The translations under genes and the position numbers were made by a program. The notes below the pieces were generated by a model. That model saw only the letters and a program-made list of their open reading frames with translations. It was not told the origin of the DNA and ran no database searches. Below, piece after piece: positions 1 through 8,666 of a stretch of 64,000 nt of DNA; within the stretch, counting starts at the first letter, position 1; every line of letters begins with the position of its first letter. The DNA comes from Polyangiaceae bacterium (lineage in GTDB: Bacteria; Myxococcota_A; Polyangia; Polyangiales; Polyangiaceae), in contig CBDCTZ010000014.1 in assembly GCA_965222375.1 (NCBI GenBank), positions 992,001 to 1,056,000 of the forward strand, written 5' to 3'.

Positions 1-996
1 TGGTCGCACCACCTGCTCCTACACCGCAGCTTCCTGGGCCGGGGGGTCATGTATCGCACTGCGCTTGTCGACGCCCCTGGGGAGCGCGTGGCTAGCTTCC
101 CCTTTGATGCACTGGCCTACGACGTAGCATTGCGGGCTGCGCCTCGAATACGAAGTGCAGTTCGCGTTCCCGCAGTTCTTTGCATGATTCACGTTCCCGC
201 TCTTCGTCCGGAAGTGGAGCGAGTGGCTCGTGAGCAAGAGGTGGCACGGCTGGAGGAGCAGGTTCTAAAGGAAGCCGCTTGGCGCCAAGGTTCGAGTGCC
301 GAGGTGATGCGCGGGCCTCGCCCGCGGACATTCCGAATTCGCCACGACCCAGGTAGTCGACCGACCGTAAGCGTCATTATTCCGGACATCGGTACGCCCA
401 AGGCGTTGCAACGCTGCCTCCGCTCCTTGGCCAAACACACCGTGCTCGACGTGGAACTCGTGGCGGTCACCGCTCGGAGGTCGCGTGGCAAGTTGCCGCG
501 CGGCGCTCGCCTCGTCAGCGTGGATGAAGGCATGAAGTTCGGCGCTCGGGTTCAAGCGGCGCTCGAGGGTTGCGCGTCAGATTGGGTCGTCGTCGCGCAC
601 CCAGACGTCGAAGCCTACGGCAACGAGTGGCTAGTGCCGCTGCTGGAGCAGGCAGCAGGACCGGGAGTAGCGGCCGTGTCTCCCAAACTGTTGGCACCGG
701 ACGGCGCAGCACTATGGCCACCGGCGGATCTCGCTTCGGATTGGCTTGCCCACGTGCCTCTGCAGCTTCGGCGTCCGGTTCCCCAACTCACGCTTTACCG
801 AAGAAAGGAACTGGAGCGCTGCCGCTTCATCTCAGCAAAACGGGCGGCGGTTCTCGCGCGTATGGTTGGAAAGCGTCTCGAAAAGAAGGGCAAGACCATG
901 TTCTCGGTGCCCTACTCGACCTTCTACCTGCATGGCGCGTCGGCAGAGGCCTTCTCGGGTCCGGCCCTGGCAGCCACGGAGAAAGTAGGCGCCTAG
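1..996 (+). CDS. Glycosyltransferase family 2, 5'-truncated by the window edge (O-antigen-type, two GT2 domains)
   Basis: The frame is open from base 1 (WSHHLLLHRSFLGRGVMYR...). Motifs PTVSVIIP, LQRCLRSL and WLVPLL...VAAVSPKLLAPDG are typical of GT2. The usual NND motif reads HPD, so this domain may be degenerate. Confidence 0.8.
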   Translation, partial: WSHHLLLHRSFLGRGVMYRTALVDAPGERVASFPFDALAYDVALRAAPRIRSAVRVPAVLCMIHVPALRPEVERVAREQEVARLEEQVLKEAAWRQGSSAEVMRGPRPRTFRIRHDPGSRPTVSVIIPDIGTPKALQRCLRSLAKHTVLDVELVAVTARRSRGKLPRGARLVSVDEGMKFGARVQAALEGCASDWVVVAHPDVEAYGNEWLVPLLEQAAGPGVAAVSPKLLAPDGAALWPPADLASDWLAHVPLQLRRPVPQLTLYRRKELERCRFISAKRAAVLARMVGKRLEKKGKTMFSVPYSTFYLHGASAEAFSGPALAATEKVGA

Positions 997-2321
997 TGCC
1001 GCGCGTGCTGGTCGTGCAAGCCGACCGGGAATCCAACACCGAGGCCCTGGATCAACTCTGGCGATTGAAGCAGTCACGATCAGACCTCGATCTCGCCGTG
1101 CTTCGGCGCCGCGCACCCTGGTGGCAGTGGGACCGCTCGGAGGTCGCACGCATCCTTGGAGAGCTGATCCTCGTGGACCCTGGCGACGAGCACGCGGCGC
1201 TGAGCGCCGCCGTCGCGGCCTCCCAGCGGCGGAAAGTCGATGCGGTCTTCACGGTCCACGAAGAGTGCCTTCGAATCACGGCTCGCATCGCCGACGCCCT
1301 CGGCTTGCCCGGTGCCACTCCTTCGGTCGTGGAGCGGTGCCGAGACAAGTGGGCGCTGTGCGAGACCCTATCCCGCGCCGGTGTTGCAGCACCGAGAACG
1401 CAGCTGACGCGCTCCTACAGGGACGCGGAGCGCGCCATGCAGGAGCTCGGGCTTCCGGTTGTCGTCAAACCCCGGGACTTGGCTGGCGGCGTTGGAGTGA
1501 GCGCAGTTCATCGACAAGAGGACATGCGCCGAGCGTATTCCGTCGCTCGGGGTGCACGGTGGACCGATGCACGTCGGTCAGGCGTGTTGGTGCAAGAGCT
1601 GGTTGTCGGTCGCACCGTTGCGGCCAATGCTTTCATACGAGGCGGGCAGCTTACGCCTCTCGGAGTGAGCGATAAGACCAGTGTGGACCTGCCATACTTT
1701 TCGACTCACGAGGAGGCGATGCCCAGTCAATTAGCTGACTCTGAGGTGTGGCGAGTCGCCGAGCAAAGCGCGAAGGCCGTTGGGATCGGTGATGCGGTGG
1801 TGCACTTCGAAATGGTGATGAACCGGGATGGCGCCACGCTGCTGGAAGTCACGCCGCGACCCGGTGGCGGACCGATCCCCCGCATGGTGGAGGTGACCCA
1901 GGGCGTGTGGCCCGTTGAATTGGCGCTGAAACTCGCATTGGGGGAAGTGGGCCAGGTCAGGTCCGGCGCTTCCTACTGTCGAGCTCGTTACCTGCGCTGT
2001 CCGGAGGCTGGGTGCGTCGTCAGTCTGAACTGCGAATCGCCACTGCCGCCCCGGACGGAAGTGCGCAAACTGGTGCAGGCGGGTGACTACGTCGCTCCGC
2101 CCCCGCGAAGCTTCGTGACGCCGCTAGGTTGGGTGCTCGGTTGGGGCGAAGACCGTCAAGAGGTTGCGCGGCGTGTCGCCAAAGTGGCTAGCCGTGTCCG
2201 AGTCGGCACCGCGCCCCAGCTGAGCGTCGCAGCCCTTCGCGCCAACTGCCTGCGTGCGACGAATAGCGAGTATCGACGCCGTTTGGTGGGTTGGTTGGGG
2301 CAGTGGGGCAAGTACCCATGA
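996..2321 (+). CDS. ATP-grasp ligase, L-amino-acid-ligase-like
   Basis: CRDKW, LGLPVVVKPRDLAGGVGV, VLVQELVVG, HFEM, LLEVTPRPGG; C-terminal GDYVAPP...LGWV resembles the LAL C2 domain. Start moved from 570 to the GTG at 996, which overlaps the upstream TAG. Confidence 0.85.
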   Translation: MPRVLVVQADRESNTEALDQLWRLKQSRSDLDLAVLRRRAPWWQWDRSEVARILGELILVDPGDEHAALSAAVAASQRRKVDAVFTVHEECLRITARIADALGLPGATPSVVERCRDKWALCETLSRAGVAAPRTQLTRSYRDAERAMQELGLPVVVKPRDLAGGVGVSAVHRQEDMRRAYSVARGARWTDARRSGVLVQELVVGRTVAANAFIRGGQLTPLGVSDKTSVDLPYFSTHEEAMPSQLADSEVWRVAEQSAKAVGIGDAVVHFEMVMNRDGATLLEVTPRPGGGPIPRMVEVTQGVWPVELALKLALGEVGQVRSGASYCRARYLRCPEAGCVVSLNCESPLPPRTEVRKLVQAGDYVAPPPRSFVTPLGWVLGWGEDRQEVARRVAKVASRVRVGTAPQLSVAALRANCLRATNSEYRRRLVGWLGQWGKYP

Positions 2322-3343
2322 GTTCATGGCGGTCATGGGCGGCGGCTCGAGCGGCGAGGGTGTGGCGACGGCCAAGGGGCAGGCGCCACGACGAGATTCT
2401 GGCGGGCGGCGCCCTGCGAGTTCGTGTTTGGGACGCGCGCCTGTTGGCGTCCGTGCGACGGCTACTTGAGGATTCGTTGGCGCCACGCTTCGCAAGCCCT
2501 CAGCTCACGCTAACGGAGTTTCCCCGATGGCGTGTGAGGGAGCTAGCGGCCCGTGGCAACATCGTCATGCCGAAGTTCGTCAGTTTCGACCTCGAGTGCG
2601 ACTCTCCAAGAATGGCACGCGACATCTCGCGGCGCTGGACTGGTTGCGCCGCGCGAAGCTATGGCGTGACCATCCATCGTGACCCCGCGGCTTTTCACTT
2701 CTTCTACGAACGCCTGTACGTCCCCACTCTGGATTCGCGTCATGGGGCGGAAGCCTATCGCCGGCCCCAGGACTACTTGCGTCGGGGGTACAGGCGTGGA
2801 TACCTGCTGTTTCTGTCCGACGGTGACGCTGTCGTCGCAGGCGCCCTGAATGTGATGCGACAAGGCGACGATAGCGTAGTCGACCATTGGGCGGGCGGCG
2901 TGCTCGACGGCAGCGGCGCCCTGGTGCGCGACGGAGCTGACGTGGCGCTCGTCATCCGCAGCCGACAGTGGGCGCAGCGCATCGGCGCGAGCCGCTTGGG
3001 ATTGACCCGGAGCCAACCCTTCGCTCGCGACGGGCTGTTCGCTTTCAAGACCGGCTTTGGTCCAACCCTGCACTGCCGCAGCGCGGCCCCTACGGTTTTG
3101 GCACTTTCAGTGCGCAACTGGTCCCCGGATGTCCGAACAGTAGTGGACAGCCTCTCACCCATCAGTTTTGGGCCACGCCCCACGCTCTGGCGCTGTGGGG
3201 GACGTGGCCTGCGGGAGCCCGCGGGCCTAGACATCTTGGACTTGGACGCAGAGCTCTCCGGCCTCAACACCATACTGGCGACGCGCCAGCTCCGCGCCCT
3301 GGCGCGGCGTACGACGCCGATTCGCCGCATACTAGCCACGTGA
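2318..3343 (+). CDS. GNAT/FemAB-like acyltransferase fold protein (copy 1)
   Basis: FYERLYVPT..RHG and PFARDGLFAFKTGFG, shared with three other ORFs in the locus; ATGA coupling at 2318. Confidence 0.65.
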   Translation: MSSWRSWAAARAARVWRRPRGRRHDEILAGGALRVRVWDARLLASVRRLLEDSLAPRFASPQLTLTEFPRWRVRELAARGNIVMPKFVSFDLECDSPRMARDISRRWTGCAARSYGVTIHRDPAAFHFFYERLYVPTLDSRHGAEAYRRPQDYLRRGYRRGYLLFLSDGDAVVAGALNVMRQGDDSVVDHWAGGVLDGSGALVRDGADVALVIRSRQWAQRIGASRLGLTRSQPFARDGLFAFKTGFGPTLHCRSAAPTVLALSVRNWSPDVRTVVDSLSPISFGPRPTLWRCGGRGLREPAGLDILDLDAELSGLNTILATRQLRALARRTTPIRRILAT

Positions 3344-4053
3344 CCACCCTCTACGTCGCCAACGATCATTCCGCGCTCCTGCATCTGTGGCGCCGAACCA
3401 ATCAGAGGGGTCTTCGGCTGCTTCGCTTCGATGCTCACTGCGACCTGCGAGGATTGGTTGTGGACGAAGTGTGTGGCCGTGCCGCTGCCCGGCTAGATCC
3501 TCGCCTACTTGAGGGCGGCGTGGATGGAGGCAACTTCCTCTCTCACGCAGTATTGGAGCGTCGCGTTCAGTCCATTCGTTGGGTCCACGGGCCTCACGGC
3601 GGTAGGGATCGCGATCTCGGCACCGTGGCCTTCGCTACCGACTTGCCCCAAAGCTTGATTTCGCGATGGAGACATGGCTGGGTCCCGTTGAGATTCCGGG
3701 GCATGGCGAGCTTGGATCCCAAGCAAAGTATCGCGCCCGGTGAAGAACTGGACCTCGACTTCGACTACTTCGCGTCGCGTCTTGCGCCGCGGGCGAGCAT
3801 CGACACGGCAATCGAGGACTTCTTCGGTCGGAACTGGGATACCGCTCCCGACGTCATCTACTTCGCATGTTCGCCGGACTACTGCCACGCGGTGCCGGAA
3901 ACCCTGGCCGGATTCATCGCCCGGCTCGAGACATTCTTCGCCGCCAGCCGTATTCAACTCCCTGAGCCTCCACGCGCGCCTCGCCCAGGGTGGCTGGAGC
4001 GGCTGAGCTATCGCGCAGACCGTGTGCTCAGACAGCTCGGTGCTGTTCGGTGA
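3340..4053 (+). CDS. UPF0489 / arginase-deacetylase-fold metallohydrolase
   Basis: ANDH, FDAHCDL, DGGNFL, LDLDFDYF, SPDYC motifs; GTGA coupling at 3340. Confidence 0.7.
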   Translation: MTTLYVANDHSALLHLWRRTNQRGLRLLRFDAHCDLRGLVVDEVCGRAAARLDPRLLEGGVDGGNFLSHAVLERRVQSIRWVHGPHGGRDRDLGTVAFATDLPQSLISRWRHGWVPLRFRGMASLDPKQSIAPGEELDLDFDYFASRLAPRASIDTAIEDFFGRNWDTAPDVIYFACSPDYCHAVPETLAGFIARLETFFAASRIQLPEPPRAPRPGWLERLSYRADRVLRQLGAVR

Positions 4054-5093
4054 CTGCTCATGCGCGACTGCCGACGACGCTTCCTTTGGGCCTCCGCGGC
4101 CGGGATGCAGAGCCCCAAGCTCTGGCCGTGTTTCGGACACGCACCGACGACGGCCAAGAGTTTCGCTTGGTGCTAGTGGGAGACAGTCGCGAACGCTACC
4201 TGCTGTCCCGGCACTTCTTGCCGGGGGTGGTTCGACTGGAACGTTTGGAGTTCCTGCCCCGTCTGCGTGCGTCGGCTGCCTTGCGGGGCCTAGAAGAACT
4301 CGGGGACCTGGTCATGGTGTCGCTGCCCCTGATCGATGCCCGAGGGCTTTCCAAGCCCTGGTCCGTTGCGCCGCGAAGGCTGTCTTTGAAGGCGGAGGTT
4401 TCACAGATCATCGCTCGGCTGGAGGCTAGCGTGCCCCCCTTCGGGAAGTACGCGCGGCAGATGGCTCGCGCCGAGTTCCAAACCGAGCTGTGCTTCGGGC
4501 GTGACGCCTGGAAGCGCTTCTATGTCGATTTCTACGCGCCGACTCAGCGGGCTCTGCGCGGCGCGCGCGCGCGCTTGCGTGCCTTCGAAGAATACGAGCG
4601 CCACACCGAACCGGCCGAAGTGCTCGCCATCACGCAGTTCGGGCAGTGGGTCGCCTCGGCAGCGTGCTATCGCGACGGGGCGGACTACGTCTTCGTGGAA
4701 CTGGGATTCCGCGACGGGAGCCGCTCGATTCGTGCGATGGGTGCCGGCCACGCGCTCTACATCTCGGTGTTTCGGCGTGCCCAGTCCCGCCGGCTGAGCC
4801 ATGTCGAGTTGGGTCTCCATCCACCCTTCGTGCTCGATCCGGTGATGCACTACAAACGTCAGTGGTTGGCGCGCTTTTCTCGGTCGCCCTACTGCGATCG
4901 GGCGTTTGGCCTCAGGCTCGGCACGGAGTCTCAGCGGGGCCTGGAGCTGTTGGCGCGGGCGCCCCTTGTCGTCGAAGCACCCAGCAGCGACAGACTCGCG
5001 CTCTGGAGCGGCACCCAGGACGGTGTGGCGCGCCACCTCGCCCTAGCTGACGCTTTGGCGTTGACGCCGCTTGCGGGGAAGGTTGCCCTCTAG
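4050..5093 (+). CDS. GNAT/FemAB-like protein (copy 2)
   Basis: FYVDFYAPT and ELGLHPPFVLDPVMHYKRQW; GTGA coupling at 4050. Confidence 0.65.
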   Translation: MTAHARLPTTLPLGLRGRDAEPQALAVFRTRTDDGQEFRLVLVGDSRERYLLSRHFLPGVVRLERLEFLPRLRASAALRGLEELGDLVMVSLPLIDARGLSKPWSVAPRRLSLKAEVSQIIARLEASVPPFGKYARQMARAEFQTELCFGRDAWKRFYVDFYAPTQRALRGARARLRAFEEYERHTEPAEVLAITQFGQWVASAACYRDGADYVFVELGFRDGSRSIRAMGAGHALYISVFRRAQSRRLSHVELGLHPPFVLDPVMHYKRQWLARFSRSPYCDRAFGLRLGTESQRGLELLARAPLVVEAPSSDRLALWSGTQDGVARHLALADALALTPLAGKVAL

Positions 5094-5099
5094 GACCGA

Positions 5100-5987
5100 A
5101 TGAGCGCTCGACCCAATCTGCAGCAAGACGGGTATTGCATCCTCCCGGGGGTTCTGGGTCCGAGCGAAGTGCAAGCTCTGCGCTCCGAGCTGCGCCGCCG
5201 CTTCGAGGCGAATGGCTCGCCGCGCTTCCTGCGACTGCAGCAGTTGCAGGACCATCGGGCCCTGATGCGACTATCCTTCTGTGATGCTGTGGTGGCTGGG
5301 CTGAGAGCGTCCCTGGGGCATGACTACTACACGGTTCCCGATCTTTGCGCCCAGCACGACATGTATGGTGTGTGGCACGCGGATAGCGACCCCGACGGTG
5401 CGCGTGCGGAACTCGCGAATCCGAATTTCGGCGTGGCCAAATGCGGCATCTACCTGCAGGACAACGGAGTCGGCGGAGGCGGGCTCGAGATTGTGCCAGC
5501 AGCTCACCGCATGCCCGTTCCCAAGGCGCCGGCTCGGCTGGCGTACGCGCTGAAACGCCTACGGGACAGGGGGCTCCGCGAGTTGAGGCGAATTCGATTG
5601 CCGCTTCGAGCCGGGGACGCCGTCATTTTCGACTACCGGCTGCCGCACATCAGTGCGCGGCCGGTGCCTGGGCACGCCCGCCAGGAAAAGTTCGTCCTAT
5701 ATTTCAATGCAACGAACGCCGAAAGCGGGGTTCACTACTTGGAGCACATCAAACGCCGAGCGCTTCGCGAAGAACACCAAGGCGGCGAAGTGTTCTGGTC
5801 GGACTCCCTCTGGCGCACGTACCCCACGGACTTCCCATCGAGCTTTGTCGAGGCCGCCGAGGATGTGAACGCCAAGCTTCTGCTCCCGACTAGGGAAGAA
5901 GCGCGGCGCTGGCGAAGCTGGTATCAGGCGGCGGTCGATTCCGCCGCCGGATACCTCAGCAGACGCGGGGCGGCGGCCGCGCTTTGA
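5100..5987 (+). CDS. Phytanoyl-CoA dioxygenase (PhyH)-family 2OG-Fe(II) oxygenase
   Basis: QDGYCILPGVL start, WHAD (HxD), GGLEIVPAAH, AGDAVIFDYRLPH. Confidence 0.85.
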   Translation: MSARPNLQQDGYCILPGVLGPSEVQALRSELRRRFEANGSPRFLRLQQLQDHRALMRLSFCDAVVAGLRASLGHDYYTVPDLCAQHDMYGVWHADSDPDGARAELANPNFGVAKCGIYLQDNGVGGGGLEIVPAAHRMPVPKAPARLAYALKRLRDRGLRELRRIRLPLRAGDAVIFDYRLPHISARPVPGHARQEKFVLYFNATNAESGVHYLEHIKRRALREEHQGGEVFWSDSLWRTYPTDFPSSFVEAAEDVNAKLLLPTREEARRWRSWYQAAVDSAAGYLSRRGAAAAL

Positions 5988-7386
5988 ACGCACACCAATC
6001 CCGAAAGCGTGCTGCGGCTTCGGAGGGTTGGGGGGTGAGCATCGTGAAGCAGGGCCCGGTTCCGACAAGCAGAGGCGAGCGCGTCAGAAGCGCATCGAGC
6101 CCTGCGCTTCGCTCTGCGTAACCGATTCCGAGCGTGTGCGTTCTCCAGGGATCTGGCGCGAGGCTCGCGCCCCATTGCCGCTTGTAGCTCAGCACGTTGT
6201 CACCAAGAAAAGGGCGCTCCGGCCCGAGGTCGATCAGCGGCAATCCGAGGGCGGCGGCCCGTCGCAGGGCTCCTGCATAGAGCGCGTGAGCAGCGGCCTC
6301 CTGCCCCTTCTCGTAGGCGAGGCACAGGAAGCGATAGCGATCGTGGTGGAGCAACGCCGTCCCCGCCGCCACCCAACGGTCGCCGATGCGCGCGCTCAAG
6401 ACTTCCCAGTCGTACAGCTCGTAGGCACGGAACGCGTGGGGATTGGCGGCGGAGCCGAATCGCCGCGCTAGGAAGGGGCGATAGAAGTCGAAATGAGCAC
6501 GTTGGAGGGCTTCGGCGCTGTGACATATGTCTACTTGCACGCCTACCCGCTCTGATCGTCGCCGATACTTTCCGAGCGGTGCTTCCCCAGCGCTCCAGCG
6601 GTTGAGGGCGTCCTTGGTTGGCACTCTCACGCTGATGGAACCCGGGGCGCGCAGGAACCCCTTCGGGAGCAGCTGACTTGCGACCCGTGGAAGCAACGCC
6701 AAGCTCAGGCTGCCCCGGCCTCGCGCGGACTGCAGGGCATGCCGCAGCTGTGTCGGTGCGAGGTGAACCTTGTTCGGCGGAGCAGTGGGTGCAAGCCACG
6801 CACTGATTGAATCCGCCTCGGCGGAGGGGGCGAAGATGTCCGCGTCGATTTCTGCCCCGCAGACCTGCAGATGCTGCAACTCCTCAAGCTGCGAGAGAAC
6901 CTGCGCCGAGCGTATAGCCGATAGTACCGGGCGCCCCGTGGCTTCCACTCGGCCCTGAACTGCATTTGGCAGCGAGCGGAGAGCGCGGCGAGCGCGGCAC
7001 TCCCAGGCGGGTGGTGGTTGCTCGGCACGGACGCATCCTTGCTGAACGGTTAGCGCGAGGGGGTGTGTCGTCGGAACGGTACACAACACGTCGTGGCGTC
7101 GCTCTTGGGTTGGGTTGTCGATGTAGATACCTCTAGCCACGTCGAGCCAGTGGACTTCGCCCGGTTGGACGTCGACCTGTTCGTTGCCGATCCGCAAGCT
7201 GGAACCTTGCGGGGTTGCGATGGGAACGAGTAGCGCGACCTCCCGGTCGTGAAACCCGTACTCCGTGAACCGGGTGGGCCCGAAGCGTTCACCAGGGGCG
7301 AGATGAATCGCGCGGGTTGCGAGAGGGGCCGGGCGAAAGCTCGAAAGTCCGCCAGCCGTGGCAACACGCCACGCCACGCGCGTCAC
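5956..7386 (-). CDS. Fusion of a degenerate Asp/Asn beta-hydroxylase-like cupin with a GNAT/FemAB-like domain (copy 3)
   Basis: N-terminus LAPG...VPIAT...QPGEVHWLD...IDNP...RRHDV; C-terminus FDFYRPF..RFG and DLGPERPFLGDNVLSYKRQWG. Confidence 0.6.
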   Translation of the reverse strand: MTRVAWRVATAGGLSSFRPAPLATRAIHLAPGERFGPTRFTEYGFHDREVALLVPIATPQGSSLRIGNEQVDVQPGEVHWLDVARGIYIDNPTQERRHDVLCTVPTTHPLALTVQQGCVRAEQPPPAWECRARRALRSLPNAVQGRVEATGRPVLSAIRSAQVLSQLEELQHLQVCGAEIDADIFAPSAEADSISAWLAPTAPPNKVHLAPTQLRHALQSARGRGSLSLALLPRVASQLLPKGFLRAPGSISVRVPTKDALNRWSAGEAPLGKYRRRSERVGVQVDICHSAEALQRAHFDFYRPFLARRFGSAANPHAFRAYELYDWEVLSARIGDRWVAAGTALLHHDRYRFLCLAYEKGQEAAAHALYAGALRRAAALGLPLIDLGPERPFLGDNVLSYKRQWGASLAPDPWRTHTLGIGYAERSAGLDALLTRSPLLVGTGPCFTMLTPQPSEAAARFRDWCAFKARPPPRVC

Positions 7387-8666
7387 GCCTGGCTCCGGCT
7401 ACGACGGACCAGGGCGTATTTGCCAGTCTCTCCCAGCGCGAGCGCTTCACAGCCCCGCACCTCGAACTGCAACTCTCCACGGACAAGCCCATGCAGAGCG
7501 TGGCGGACCGCGCGCCGCTCCCGCGAGGTTTGAACTACGCTTTGTAGGGCATCTACGACCACTGGACCGGCGTCAGGTTGCACCATCGCGAAGCGATGAG
7601 AGCCCCCGAGCCCCGCCAAGACTGCCGCAACTCGACGTGCGGGAACTCGCCCGCCACCCGGCAATTCCAAGAAGCTAGATTCTGGACCCATCAGGTCGCC
7701 TAGCAGGGGCCAGCTGCTCGCACAGACACACGCCTCAGTCCCGGCGGGCAGCACGACGTCTCCGGTCGCGAAGCGGATCAGCGGCATCGCATGGCGCAAC
7801 AGGGTCGTCACCCACAGATTCGCTCGCCCGTCGCTACCGTCATTGGTCAGCTCGGTGACGATGACGTCTGAGTTGCAGTGCAAGCTGCCGGCGCTGCAGC
7901 TCCAGGCGATCAACCCGGCTTCCGCGGTACCGTAAACTTGGTTTGGGCGAACAGAGAGCCGATCTTGAATCAGTTCTGCAACGTCCTCGTACAGTGGCTC
8001 CCCAGCGCAGACGACGGCGCTTGGGGAGGAAAGACGGACAGCTCGCCGCGCCAGCTCATCGCATACGGTGGCCATCTCGTGCGGACTTCCGTGGATCAAG
8101 TCGGGGCAGTATTCGAGCAGGGCGTCGGCTTGTACCTCTACTGGCAGTGCCGTCGAGATCTCGATCGGCTGAGGCAATCCCATACGCGATCGGAGTCTGC
8201 TCATCGGGTGATGATCCGTGGCGGGATCCGGGTGTCTGAGCCGCGCTCGGCGCATGCGGGGATTCCATCCGAAACGCGCGTAGGTGCGAATCCAGATCGC
8301 ATCCCCGACGGCGATGTCCAGCGTGTCTCGGACGACCGGGACTCGGGGCCCGGTCGTGCCGCTCGACACGTCGACGGGCCCGACCAGGGTTGCTGCTGTC
8401 GAGATATGGGCGGCGCTCGGAAACTCCAACAGCTCCGCTCGTGTCGTCGCCGGAAAGTCACGGAGACGCGGCGGCTGCTGCAGCTGATCCACGTCGAGCT
8501 TGAGTCGCGTGGCTGGTACAGTCTGCAGCGCGTGCTCCAAGACCTGTCGAGTCCGTCTCCTCGTCAAGCGCTGCCGAAGGCTTCCGGGCGCGAGACCGCC
8601 CACCAGCACTCCGACGGCGCGCACGTTCGGCCGCACGCCGCGCCAAGGCCAGAGCTCACCCGCCAT
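7383..8666 (-). CDS. Phenylacetate-CoA ligase / CapK-like adenylate-forming enzyme
   Basis: SSGTTG, AGEPL, YGTAEAG, MPLIRFATGD, CVCASSWP, TGKY. Start placed at ATG 8666 (MAGELWP), overlapping the upstream gene. Confidence 0.8.
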   Translation of the reverse strand: MAGELWPWRGVRPNVRAVGVLVGGLAPGSLRQRLTRRRTRQVLEHALQTVPATRLKLDVDQLQQPPRLRDFPATTRAELLEFPSAAHISTAATLVGPVDVSSGTTGPRVPVVRDTLDIAVGDAIWIRTYARFGWNPRMRRARLRHPDPATDHHPMSRLRSRMGLPQPIEISTALPVEVQADALLEYCPDLIHGSPHEMATVCDELARRAVRLSSPSAVVCAGEPLYEDVAELIQDRLSVRPNQVYGTAEAGLIAWSCSAGSLHCNSDVIVTELTNDGSDGRANLWVTTLLRHAMPLIRFATGDVVLPAGTEACVCASSWPLLGDLMGPESSFLELPGGGRVPARRVAAVLAGLGGSHRFAMVQPDAGPVVVDALQSVVQTSRERRAVRHALHGLVRGELQFEVRGCEALALGETGKYALVRRSRSQA

